A stretch of 36,282 nucleotides of DNA, from positions 1 through 36,282 of IMG/VR virus record IMGVR_UViG_3300027619_000002. One strand, written 5' to 3'. Below the pieces are notes generated by a model that was not told the origin of the DNA, searched no databases, and saw only the letters and a list, made by a program, of their open reading frames with translations. Of the stretch, positions 8,205 through 15,654 are shown one piece after another (the stretch's first letter is position 1; each line of letters begins with the position of its first letter). Position numbers and translations under genes: made by a program. This DNA comes from a virus.

Positions 8205-8554
8205 TGGGCAGTCTTAGCGTCTAATTGAGCCCTAGCGGCCCGAACCTTTTCAGACTGACGCTGAAACCTCAACTGTTCCTCTTTTTCAGATTTATGCCTA
8301 ATTTCTATTTCATCAGCAGTTAATTGATTTGGAACAAAACCTCCCGAAGCACCAAACTTGCGTTTTTGTTCAATTGCCTCTTGTTGTTCAGCTCGCCGGG
8401 CTTCGACTTCCATCTGAGCCTCTTTGCTCATAGGCATCAGCACGGACTTTGGGGTGAAAAACGCCACCATCCCAGTCGTCGGGTCATGTTGAGCGACCCC
8501 AAACTCTTTCAATAATTCTAATCTAGCACGAAGATCAATAAGTGACTCTGTCAT
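8201..8554 (-). CDS. Hypothetical protein (117 aa), charged and helical
   Basis: ATG ORF whose stop overlaps the portal start (ATGA). Confidence 0.55.
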   Translation of the reverse strand: MTESLIDLRARLELLKEFGVAQHDPTTGMVAFFTPKSVLMPMSKEAQMEVEARRAEQQEAIEQKRKFGASGGFVPNQLTADEIEIRHKSEKEEQLRFQRQSEKVRAARAQLDAKTAQ

Positions 8555-8577
8555 ACCCCAATCCGGTCAAAACCGGG

Positions 8578-8772
8578 CTAACAATCCAGAACATATTTGA
8601 TTATGCAATTAGGGTCTAGACAGTCTTCTTGCTCAATTTGATGTTCACAAAATCCACACATCATTCGTTTGTATTCAGTTTCATTAATTAATCCACAATT
8701 CAGCCATTCTTGGAGGATTGTGATTTGGGCTGATGGCGACAGCACCTTGTTGAAGAAGAGTTGTGTTTTCAT
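8578..8772 (-). CDS. Small Cys protein, member of the C-terminal VL-tail family (64 aa)
   Basis: Ends ...CGFCEHQIEQEDCLDPNCIIKYVLDC-stop (CxxC-x9-C-x3-C). Its ATG overlaps the TerL stop (ATGA). Confidence 0.6.
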   Translation of the reverse strand: MKTQLFFNKVLSPSAQITILQEWLNCGLINETEYKRMMCGFCEHQIEQEDCLDPNCIIKYVLDC

Positions 8773-10433
8773 CTTGATCTATCTCCGGGGGTCCAATTTT
8801 GCCTTAGGGATTGGTCATTTCGCAATTGGGCTTGGCGACGACGCTCTTGTGCTTCTTTGACTTCAATCGCATCCGCTTCCGGGGTTCCAACTTTAGGTTT
8901 TGGAGCCAATACCAATTGTCCAGATTGTTGGAAGATAGAAAGAACAAACGCTGATACTATATCACCATGCTCCCCGGTTGGCCATTTTTGCAAAATGATT
9001 GTTATATTCCCACCCGAGTTTTTCCTCCAAGTGACTTCTTTTAACTGACGCAGTAATCGTGGATGATTTGGTATTTTGACCAACCCTTCCCTCATCAGGG
9101 TCCGAGTTTTGATGAATGATTCAGCAGGCGACATTGGGGCATCTACGAATCCTAGATTTAGCTTGCCAATTACCTCTATTGCAGTTTGTTTATAATGCTG
9201 GTCGGCCATAAAATAACTTCCGCCGTGACGGCGTATTTCTTCACCAAACTCACGACAAACTTCACTAGGCTGTAATGCTGCACCTTCTTGCGGTTTCTTC
9301 TCTATAATCTGGGCGACTCTGATAATCCCTTGTTTTAGATGCGAAACCACCAACGCACTGCTATTCTTGGTAAACCCGAGGTCAATACCCGCCATAACCC
9401 TGTCACCCGGTTCGGGGAGGGTTGGAAATTGATAGGTCGAATCAACACTCTTAGATAATACGATCGGGTCAAAGAAAGACTCAGTTCCAGCGCCCATGAA
9501 CTGGGCGCCGTATTCTCGTCGGGCATTTTCTGAATCCTGCTGATATTGTTGTTCAACCACTTGTCGTAAAATCGGACTATCTCTGAAAACCAGAGTGGGG
9601 CTGTGCATTGCGAGACATGTAGTCCCAAGCTTAAGGGTTGGAGGCAACCCGGCACATTCCGGATTCGGATGACACTGTGAAAAGAAATCGTATAACAACC
9701 CCGTTTGAGCCCAGGGTGTAGATACGATGATAATCTGAGATCCAGGAAGAACAGCGCGAATAGTAATAGCATCAAATTGTTCCTGATCATTTACAACACT
9801 TCCGGCATCTCTGAAAAATGCCGTCTCTTCTAAAGCTGCTCCAACTAAGTTCGAACCTCGTCCCGTTCGTCCCTTTCCCGACGCGGCTCTAACAACGATT
9901 TCGACAGATTTACCATCTCTAGCAAACTCAATTGATTCAGCTGCATCAGCTTTCCCGACCACCATCTTCAAAAGTTCAGGATGATTTCTGACTGCACCTT
10001 GGATAAATCTAAGTGGTTTACAAGCCTGATCCATATCTGGCGCTATGATTGGTGCTGAGGCTACTTCACCAGGTGCCAAATCGTCTAAAGGAACAGTAAG
10101 TGCCAGATGCAGGATCCGTAGGGCAATTAATACGTATGTCTTACCAGCTCTAGCTCCGGCCACAGCAACGAATACGCGACGCTGTTCATCAGTAATAGAC
10201 TCAATATCACCAAACAATTTGCGAGCTAATTCCCGATCGGACCCTCTCAAATCTTCGGGTTGAACGCCATCGTATGCGATTGCACATGCAACCAGTTGCG
10301 CACGACTTAATTTAACACCTATTTGGTCACAAAACTCTAGGAAACTCTCAGCAACCTTGAACTTCGATTTGGTATCAAACTTCAATCCACCAAGAAGATA
10401 ATCATTCGGGTCAGCTTTTTTCTTATTTGACAC
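8769..10433 (-). CDS. terL: Terminase large subunit (554 aa, GTG start)
   Basis: Walker A is VAVAGARAGKT. RNase-H-like nuclease acidic motifs are present: AGIDLGF, FMADQHY and EHGDIVSAF. It lies immediately upstream of the portal module. Confidence 0.85.
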   Translation of the reverse strand: MSNKKKADPNDYLLGGLKFDTKSKFKVAESFLEFCDQIGVKLSRAQLVACAIAYDGVQPEDLRGSDRELARKLFGDIESITDEQRRVFVAVAGARAGKTYVLIALRILHLALTVPLDDLAPGEVASAPIIAPDMDQACKPLRFIQGAVRNHPELLKMVVGKADAAESIEFARDGKSVEIVVRAASGKGRTGRGSNLVGAALEETAFFRDAGSVVNDQEQFDAITIRAVLPGSQIIIVSTPWAQTGLLYDFFSQCHPNPECAGLPPTLKLGTTCLAMHSPTLVFRDSPILRQVVEQQYQQDSENARREYGAQFMGAGTESFFDPIVLSKSVDSTYQFPTLPEPGDRVMAGIDLGFTKNSSALVVSHLKQGIIRVAQIIEKKPQEGAALQPSEVCREFGEEIRRHGGSYFMADQHYKQTAIEVIGKLNLGFVDAPMSPAESFIKTRTLMREGLVKIPNHPRLLRQLKEVTWRKNSGGNITIILQKWPTGEHGDIVSAFVLSIFQQSGQLVLAPKPKVGTPEADAIEVKEAQERRRQAQLRNDQSLRQNWTPGDRSR

Positions 10434-10755
10434 GCCTGAGTCGCTTTGATTTAGCTTTATCTAAACGTGCGCAATCAGCAGCTGATAAAATTAATGATTT
10501 TTCAGCCTTCTTCGCAACTAGATCTTCTGATAATTTTGCAGATGCAGCTCTAACGTTATCAATGAAATCGGGACATTCAGAGTCAGGTTTCTGACTATAG
10601 AGGAGTTCAAGAAAATCCTGACCAACTTCAATCAGAATATCTCCTAGACGTTCTGGTTGCTGACCTGGAATTAATACATCACATTTGTCAATCCGAGCCT
10701 TCTCCTTGTGGGCCAAAGCTAGAACACCGTATGCAAGTTTATCTACTGAGTTCAT
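10423..10755 (-). CDS. Hypothetical protein (110 aa); weak positional candidate for a small terminase subunit
   Basis: Overlaps the TerL start by 11 nt. Basic C-terminus (KAKSKRLRRVK). No motif recognised. Confidence 0.5.
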   Translation of the reverse strand: MNSVDKLAYGVLALAHKEKARIDKCDVLIPGQQPERLGDILIEVGQDFLELLYSQKPDSECPDFIDNVRAASAKLSEDLVAKKAEKSLILSAADCARLDKAKSKRLRRVK

Positions 10756-11192
10756 TCGTCTACTCCAAGAGCGTTTTGTAGTCTAGCTCGACGTGCTTCT
10801 TGTTTCTGCGCGTCTTCTTCGGAAGTCCGTTTCACGATATTAATGCCGGTTTGTTCAGCATTTGATCGTGCCTTCATTTCCCGTTCGTCTTTTCGCATTG
10901 CTTCAACGGCGGGATCTTCACCAATTAAATTAGCCACAGCATTCAAATCCAATGGTTTAGCTAAATTAATAGGGCCTGGTTTTGATGGTGTTCCCTCAAT
11001 AATCTGAGGCCGCGTCACATCTCGGGCAGCGTTCAAGATAGACTCTCGGGATGGAATTGTATCACCTAATGCAGCAGCTAACTGTCTTAGTGCTGATCGA
11101 GCCTCATCCTCAGAACAGCGGAACTTGACTTGTTTCCCACCATCTTGGCCAAAGAACACATAGTCACCATCATGTTTACCTATTGCCAGCAT
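10752..11192 (-). CDS. Hypothetical protein (146 aa from ATG 11192)
   Basis: The ATG overlaps the TAA of the glycosyltransferase gene (TAATG). The ORF-track GTG start at 11204 is less likely. Confidence 0.55.
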   Translation of the reverse strand: MLAIGKHDGDYVFFGQDGGKQVKFRCSEDEARSALRQLAAALGDTIPSRESILNAARDVTRPQIIEGTPSKPGPINLAKPLDLNAVANLIGEDPAVEAMRKDEREMKARSNAEQTGINIVKRTSEEDAQKQEARRARLQNALGVDE

Positions 11193-12601
11193 TATTTCAC
11201 CCACTCCTCAATTAAAGCTTGTAGTCCCGGAAACCATCTACCCATATGTAAATGAGGCCCATCATCATCGTATGATTCAGGGATTGGACCATCTCGCCAA
11301 TTACACACGGTGTTGCGACCAGGTGTATCTTCATTCCCCTGTGAACTTACCAATTTGGTGTCTTGATCCATGATTGTAGGGATAGGATGGTAAACCAATC
11401 GCTTGGTGCAAACAGCAAACATTCCATATAGAGCATCCATGCCAAATTGATTAGCGGCGTCAAGAGCGCCTTCTTTCAGGTTATTGTTAATCCATACAAG
11501 AAACTCCTCGAAGACAGATAAAGGAAAAATAACCCCCGAACCAATTGTGGCGTCGTCAGAAGTCACCCATTTTTCTTTGGCATACATAGCTTCCAAGCTA
11601 TCCACACAAGGATTATGGAGCGCAATAATTTCTCTAGGTTTGGATTTAATAATTTCATCGAGTCTCTCTCTCGCGTGCTGTGGGCAGAACAAAGCGTCGT
11701 CATCAAACATCACAACATGTGTTTCTTTTGCAGCATCCGCTGCGTTTGATGCGGCATACCAACGAGATAGCATGAACTCTCGTTGGCTTCCCTTGCATTC
11801 GTGAGTACGAATGTCTCCTAATAGGGATCCAATCCTCAAAAGACTTTGGGACCGCCCCGGAAGCCAAGGAGAATATAAGATCTGTGGAGTATATTTGATC
11901 TCAACTTTCTCAACTACCTTGACTTGTTTCTTTTTGGCTGCTTCCCACTGCTCCTCTAGAGATGGACAACTATACCCATACATTCCCCAATGTTTTAATT
12001 TTGCCTTAGTGTCCAACCAAGGCTGTATTCCATGGAGGCCGCATAACCGACTAAACCACCAGTCCTCACTGAGGTATTGACGGCCATCAACTCCACAATC
12101 AAAGAAATTATGATAAGCTCCAACGCCTGATCCAACTACATCGTCATCTACTTCCGGAACAAATGGTGCTAATTTATCAAATATTGTGCGAGAAATTATC
12201 ATAAATCCTGTTGGTAGATCTTGTCCCTCGGCCCATCCATTAACGACTTTCACACATCCATCTTTTACTTGCGGATTACCAATTAATTGTGTGCCAATAG
12301 CCTTAGCCGGATAAGGTGCTGCGCAAAAATCATGACCTGAATGTAACAGTCGTAATACATCTGCGGGAGAAAACTCAATATCTGAATCAATAAACATGAA
12401 ATGAGTGAAATCAGATTTCTTTCTGAAAGTATTAACTAGTTTGTTTCTCGCGCGCGTGATTAAAGATTCTCCCCACAATTCAACAACAGAATGTTGTATC
12501 CCACATCTCGTAAGAGATTTCTTCAATCGCTCCATAGAGGACTCGAAAGCTCGAACTTTCCCGCTGTAAACCGGAACTGCAATAAATAAAGAAGAGGTCA
12601 T
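11192..12601 (-). CDS. Two-domain GT-A-type glycosyltransferase (469 aa from ATG 12601)
   Basis: The N-terminal half has FIAVPVYSG...FTHFMFIDSDIEF (GT2-like with a DxD motif). The C-terminal half has a second DxD context, HVVMFDDDALF. ATG 12601 is preceded by AGAGGTGA, and the upstream ORF stop overlaps it (ATGA). Confidence 0.7.
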   Translation of the reverse strand: MTSSLFIAVPVYSGKVRAFESSMERLKKSLTRCGIQHSVVELWGESLITRARNKLVNTFRKKSDFTHFMFIDSDIEFSPADVLRLLHSGHDFCAAPYPAKAIGTQLIGNPQVKDGCVKVVNGWAEGQDLPTGFMIISRTIFDKLAPFVPEVDDDVVGSGVGAYHNFFDCGVDGRQYLSEDWWFSRLCGLHGIQPWLDTKAKLKHWGMYGYSCPSLEEQWEAAKKKQVKVVEKVEIKYTPQILYSPWLPGRSQSLLRIGSLLGDIRTHECKGSQREFMLSRWYAASNAADAAKETHVVMFDDDALFCPQHARERLDEIIKSKPREIIALHNPCVDSLEAMYAKEKWVTSDDATIGSGVIFPLSVFEEFLVWINNNLKEGALDAANQFGMDALYGMFAVCTKRLVYHPIPTIMDQDTKLVSSQGNEDTPGRNTVCNWRDGPIPESYDDDGPHLHMGRWFPGLQALIEEWVK

Positions 12602-12882
12602 GTTGTCATCACCTCTTTGCAAGTTATTAGTTTTTGGTCTTCTTTGTTCGGCAGTCTTACGAAGTAGTCTCCTCTCCATGTTCGAAATAAGAAACCATCA
12701 AAGATTAATTCGACATAATTGTGGTTGTATGTTTCGAACCAAAGTTGATACATAAACTCCTCGTCGACTGGTATTTGATGATCAGTCGGATCCATTTTGA
12801 TAATGCTACATATAGCTACACAAGCAGATCTCCCTATTAATCCTTGGTCAGACAAGGACCAGGTGCGTCTGGCATGAGTCAT
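12598..12882 (-). CDS. Hypothetical protein (94 aa)
   Basis: The ATG overlaps the upstream stop (ATGA) and its own stop overlaps the glycosyltransferase start (ATGA). Confidence 0.5.
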   Translation of the reverse strand: MTHARRTWSLSDQGLIGRSACVAICSIIKMDPTDHQIPVDEEFMYQLWFETYNHNYVELIFDGFLFRTWRGDYFVRLPNKEDQKLITCKEVMTT

Positions 12883-13211
12883 TTTCCCTCAAATCCTGGT
12901 TTATTTGGCGCTCTTTTTGGTCCGGTATAACCAGGTGGCGCTTCGATGTTCGCGCCATATTCCTTCTTGCGCCAATCCATTTGAGTCCCGTCGTTATGTC
13001 GCGATTGTTCCATTGCCGACCTAGCATCACGGTGCCAAGCCCCTGTGATGGTACCACCACAGGATTTATCATGAAATTGTTGCGAATAGACACCAGAATC
13101 TGTTTTACGTGTGAGTTTGGGAGCATCACATCGTGGGCAGCGCTCAGCTACGAAACAGACTCTCTTCCAGTCATCAAGTTCAAACTCTTGATCTCCCTCA
13201 AACCAACTCAT
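12879..13211 (-). CDS. Hypothetical Cys-containing protein (110 aa from ATG 13211)
   Basis: CPRC...SCGG suggests a zinc ribbon. ATG 13211 overlaps the upstream stop (ATGA). Confidence 0.5.
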   Translation of the reverse strand: MSWFEGDQEFELDDWKRVCFVAERCPRCDAPKLTRKTDSGVYSQQFHDKSCGGTITGAWHRDARSAMEQSRHNDGTQMDWRKKEYGANIEAPPGYTGPKRAPNKPGFEGK

Positions 13212-13393
13212 TGTGATAACACCCATTTAACGAGACACTCGGGATGACCACATTCCTCCACGTTTGAAATAACGGCTTTTTCACTTTCCTCAGGGAAAAT
13301 ATAGCACAACCCAATTTTTCGGTTAAGACTCCTGATTACTTCTCGTTCTTGAGTTAATTGGGAACGACGAACACGTTCTGCATGGTCAATCAT
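13208..13393 (-). CDS. Small Cys protein, VL-tail family (61 aa from ATG 13393)
   Basis: Ends ...NVEECGHPECLVKWVLSQ-stop. The ATG overlaps the upstream stop (ATGA). Confidence 0.6.
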   Translation of the reverse strand: MIDHAERVRRSQLTQEREVIRSLNRKIGLCYIFPEESEKAVISNVEECGHPECLVKWVLSQ

Positions 13394-13656
13394 CGATTCA
13401 TCACCCAATTCACAACACACTCTGGTTGAGTGCAACGACAACCTGGTAGATGTGGTCCTTTATCAATATTATATCCCCATGCCAGTATTCGGTCAGCAAC
13501 TATTTGATAGTCTGCTCCTTGTGGCCGAGAGTAACCCAGATCATTTAATCTTCTTGATACATAGTCATCATTGGATTCGTCATCCCTCCGCGTTGGATCT
13601 GGTCCATCCTGGTATTGGATTCCAACTGCATTCAAATATTGAGGTCTGACTCTCAT
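13390..13656 (-). CDS. Small Cys protein, VL-tail family (88 aa)
   Basis: Ends ...HLPGCRCTQPECVVNWVMNR-stop. The ATG overlaps the upstream stop (ATGA). Confidence 0.6.
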   Translation of the reverse strand: MRVRPQYLNAVGIQYQDGPDPTRRDDESNDDYVSRRLNDLGYSRPQGADYQIVADRILAWGYNIDKGPHLPGCRCTQPECVVNWVMNR

Positions 13657-13925
13657 GATTTCTTCTTTTTGGCTTTTGGGTCTGGAAGCTTAACAGTTTC
13701 TTCTATAGGATTCGGCATGGATTCGGCATAAACTACTCTAGTCCAGGGGATCAATAGATCATGAGCTGCGCCGTGATGGCTAATCACCAAAGTATCAAAA
13801 TCTTTTCCGATTTCATACCCATCAGCTGTTGAAAAACTTGATTTGTGTTCAGATTCCTCCATTGAGAGTGACCTGAGTGGTGGGACATGTCCCGAGATTT
13901 TGACGAACTGGATGTTATATTTCAT
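13653..13925 (-). CDS. Hypothetical protein (90 aa from ATG 13925)
   Basis: ATG 13925 overlaps the GNAT stop (ATGA). Lys-rich C-terminus (KAKKKKS). Confidence 0.5.
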   Translation of the reverse strand: MKYNIQFVKISGHVPPLRSLSMEESEHKSSFSTADGYEIGKDFDTLVISHHGAAHDLLIPWTRVVYAESMPNPIEETVKLPDPKAKKKKS

Positions 13926-14341
13926 TCTGATGCCCAGATGTACGAACCTTTGCTCCAACCGTGGAAATCGGGGGTCCAGTGTGTTATTACTGGTCTAGAT
14001 CCGATTCCAGCCAATTTCAGCATTTCGGCTGCCAGCCCGTGCCTCCGGAACTTGGATTCAACATATACATAATTTAATGTCTTTGAATTATGACTGATAA
14101 ACCCGATTAAGCTACCCTCTGACTCGGCCACATAGATGTTATCTTGTAATGTGGCAATTCGCTTGGATAATAGAGCTTCCCAGATTTTCTGGTCCATATA
14201 TAGAGTAACAAGACGAGATGAGTCACGGGCTTTATAGACTCGTGCTGGACGACAATCCTCTCGATTCGAGGATCTTATCCATGCCGCGTAAACAAATGGC
14301 ATCTCGTCTGGTCTGACCAGACGTAGACTAAAGTTACTCAT
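13922..14341 (-). CDS. GNAT-family N-acetyltransferase (139 aa)
   Basis: LIGFISHNSKTLNYVYVESKFRRHGLAAEMLKLAG contains the acetyl-CoA-binding motif A (R-x-x-G-x-A) in the expected beta4-alpha3 context. Confidence 0.7.
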   Translation of the reverse strand: MSNFSLRLVRPDEMPFVYAAWIRSSNREDCRPARVYKARDSSRLVTLYMDQKIWEALLSKRIATLQDNIYVAESEGSLIGFISHNSKTLNYVYVESKFRRHGLAAEMLKLAGIGSRPVITHWTPDFHGWSKGSYIWASE

Positions 14342-14546
14342 CTAATACCGCCTGACACAGACGTTCTCTGGCCTGTTCACAAATTATGTCGGCCATCACT
14401 TGTGATGGATACCAGCCGAAGACGCTGGTAGCTCGCTTTATCTGGCAAAAATGACATTGCCATTCGAACTTATGGTTATCAAAGTCGTTATGCGATCTTG
14501 ACCAGCAATGCCCCCCTTTGCCGAAAATGGCCTCATGTCCAATCAT
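14334..14546 (-). CDS. Small Cys/His protein, loose member of the VL-tail family (70 aa)
   Basis: HCWSRSH...CHFC...ICEQARERLCQAVLDE-stop. Overlaps the GNAT start by 8 nt. Confidence 0.55.
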   Translation of the reverse strand: MIGHEAIFGKGGHCWSRSHNDFDNHKFEWQCHFCQIKRATSVFGWYPSQVMADIICEQARERLCQAVLDE

Positions 14547-14995
14547 TCGTCCACCTCTGTCACTTCGCTAATTTCCTCAGGAGGAGGCGCCGAGAGAAGT
14601 TTTCGCTTCTCTTCTTCACACTTGGCTTCCAATTCATTAATCCGGGTGAGTTTCTCACTGCTGGTGAGTTTCTCCCACTCCTCGCGGGGACCTTGATTTA
14701 ATTGCAGCTTGGTTGTATCCGACCAACGTCCTGACGCTCTGCGTTGCAGCCACCAGGCAGAACACACCCAATTCTTAATTGAGTGCTTCTTGATGTTCTT
14801 GACGTGATATGCCTCAGCTTTCATTTCAGCATCAATAACATCCGCCTCGAACTTGGGATCTTGCAACCGCCATAAACGAAATGTGGACTCATTGATCCCA
14901 GCATCAGCAGCGGCAATCTTCCGATAATTACCTGCAATTAGCGATGCGAGTAGCGCTTTCTTGATAGCATCTGGATTTGAGTGTGGTTTGCCCAT
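14543..14995 (-). CDS. Helix-turn-helix DNA-binding protein resembling small terminase subunits (150 aa)
   Basis: IAGNYRKIAAADAGINESTFRLWRLQDPKFEADV (HTH) followed by NWVCSAWWLQRRASGRW. This resembles the HTH plus W..LERR pattern seen in many proteins annotated as TerS. Recognised by eye only. Confidence 0.4.
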   Translation of the reverse strand: MGKPHSNPDAIKKALLASLIAGNYRKIAAADAGINESTFRLWRLQDPKFEADVIDAEMKAEAYHVKNIKKHSIKNWVCSAWWLQRRASGRWSDTTKLQLNQGPREEWEKLTSSEKLTRINELEAKCEEEKRKLLSAPPPEEISEVTEVDE

Positions 14996-15192
14996 TACTC
15001 ATCCAACACGTGAGCGACAACACAATCTGGGTGATCACACTCTGCTCTTTTCACCATTTGAGAATGATGCTTAAAGCAATAAACGGTCGTTCCCATTATC
15101 TTACCCCAAAGGCTACCTGAATATAATTGTGCTTGAATGTCACTTTGTGGCCATAATTCCTGCAATACACTCGAAAAATCCGTAGGCTTCAT
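14995..15192 (-). CDS. Small fusion protein: capsid-protein N-arm-like segment plus VL-tail Cys module (65 aa from ATG 15192)
   Basis: MKPTDFSSVLQELWPQSDIQAQLYSGSLWGKIMGTTV aligns with capsid residues 9..45, SYSALLREIWPQTDIYDELYTINQSFYGQVAKDTTF. Ends RAECDHPDCVVAHVLDE-stop. The ATG overlaps the upstream stop (ATGA). Confidence 0.6.
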   Translation of the reverse strand: MKPTDFSSVLQELWPQSDIQAQLYSGSLWGKIMGTTVYCFKHHSQMVKRAECDHPDCVVAHVLDE

Positions 15193-15374
15193 TGATTCAA
15201 CACGTATGCACAAACGCATTCCGGATTTGTGCATTGGGAAATAGGTCTGTACATGGATCTTCCTTCCTCTTCATGATAACACCAATTCATATCAGAATAA
15301 TCCTCCCATCTAATCTTGAATACACCACCTAGCTTACCTGTGCCATCCCGTAACCAGTCATATAGATCGGACAT
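15189..15374 (-). CDS. Small Cys protein, VL-tail family (61 aa)
   Basis: Ends ...WCYHEEEGRSMYRPISQCTNPECVCAYVLNQ-stop. Confidence 0.6.
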   Translation of the reverse strand: MSDLYDWLRDGTGKLGGVFKIRWEDYSDMNWCYHEEEGRSMYRPISQCTNPECVCAYVLNQ

Positions 15375-15654
15375 TTTGTCGTTTCCTTTTGCGTGTCTGA
15401 CTTAGTTGATCCCGATGATATTTACACCTAACTAGTCCATTGGCATTAGCACCACACTCAAAGCATAGTCCGGCAGCAGTTCGTTCATCATATAACCGTT
15501 TGGCGCTAATTCTGGCGGACTCGTTGTGTTTTAATTGATGGTTGCGACAGAAATATTTGGATGAAAGTGGTAAATTGCAATCCGAACAGAGCCCTTTCGC
15601 AACCTGACTCTTTTTACGAGCCCTGATGGCTTGTCTCTTGGCATCACTGATCAT
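15358..15654 (-). CDS. Tandem zinc-ribbon protein, probably nucleic-acid binding (98 aa)
   Basis: Two internal repeats of GLC-x-[DE]-C-x(8-9)-C-[RK]-x-H: GLCSDCNLPLSSKYFCRNH and GLCFECGANANGLVRCKYH. Both termini are basic. Confidence 0.5.
   Translation of the reverse strand: MISDAKRQAIRARKKSQVAKGLCSDCNLPLSSKYFCRNHQLKHNESARISAKRLYDERTAAGLCFECGANANGLVRCKYHRDQLSQTRKRKRQNVRSI

Noticed and set aside
9335-9790. Nested minus-strand ORF (151 aa) and plus-strand ORF 10045..10263 inside the TerL gene
   Set aside because: They are out of frame with, or antisense to, a motif-supported TerL gene. Their sequences are low-information.
12848-13129. Alternative-frame ORF (93 aa) overlapping 12879..13211
   Set aside because: It breaks the ATGA-coupled gene chain and has no start-site support. 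The competing frame contains the Cys motifs and the coupled start and stop.
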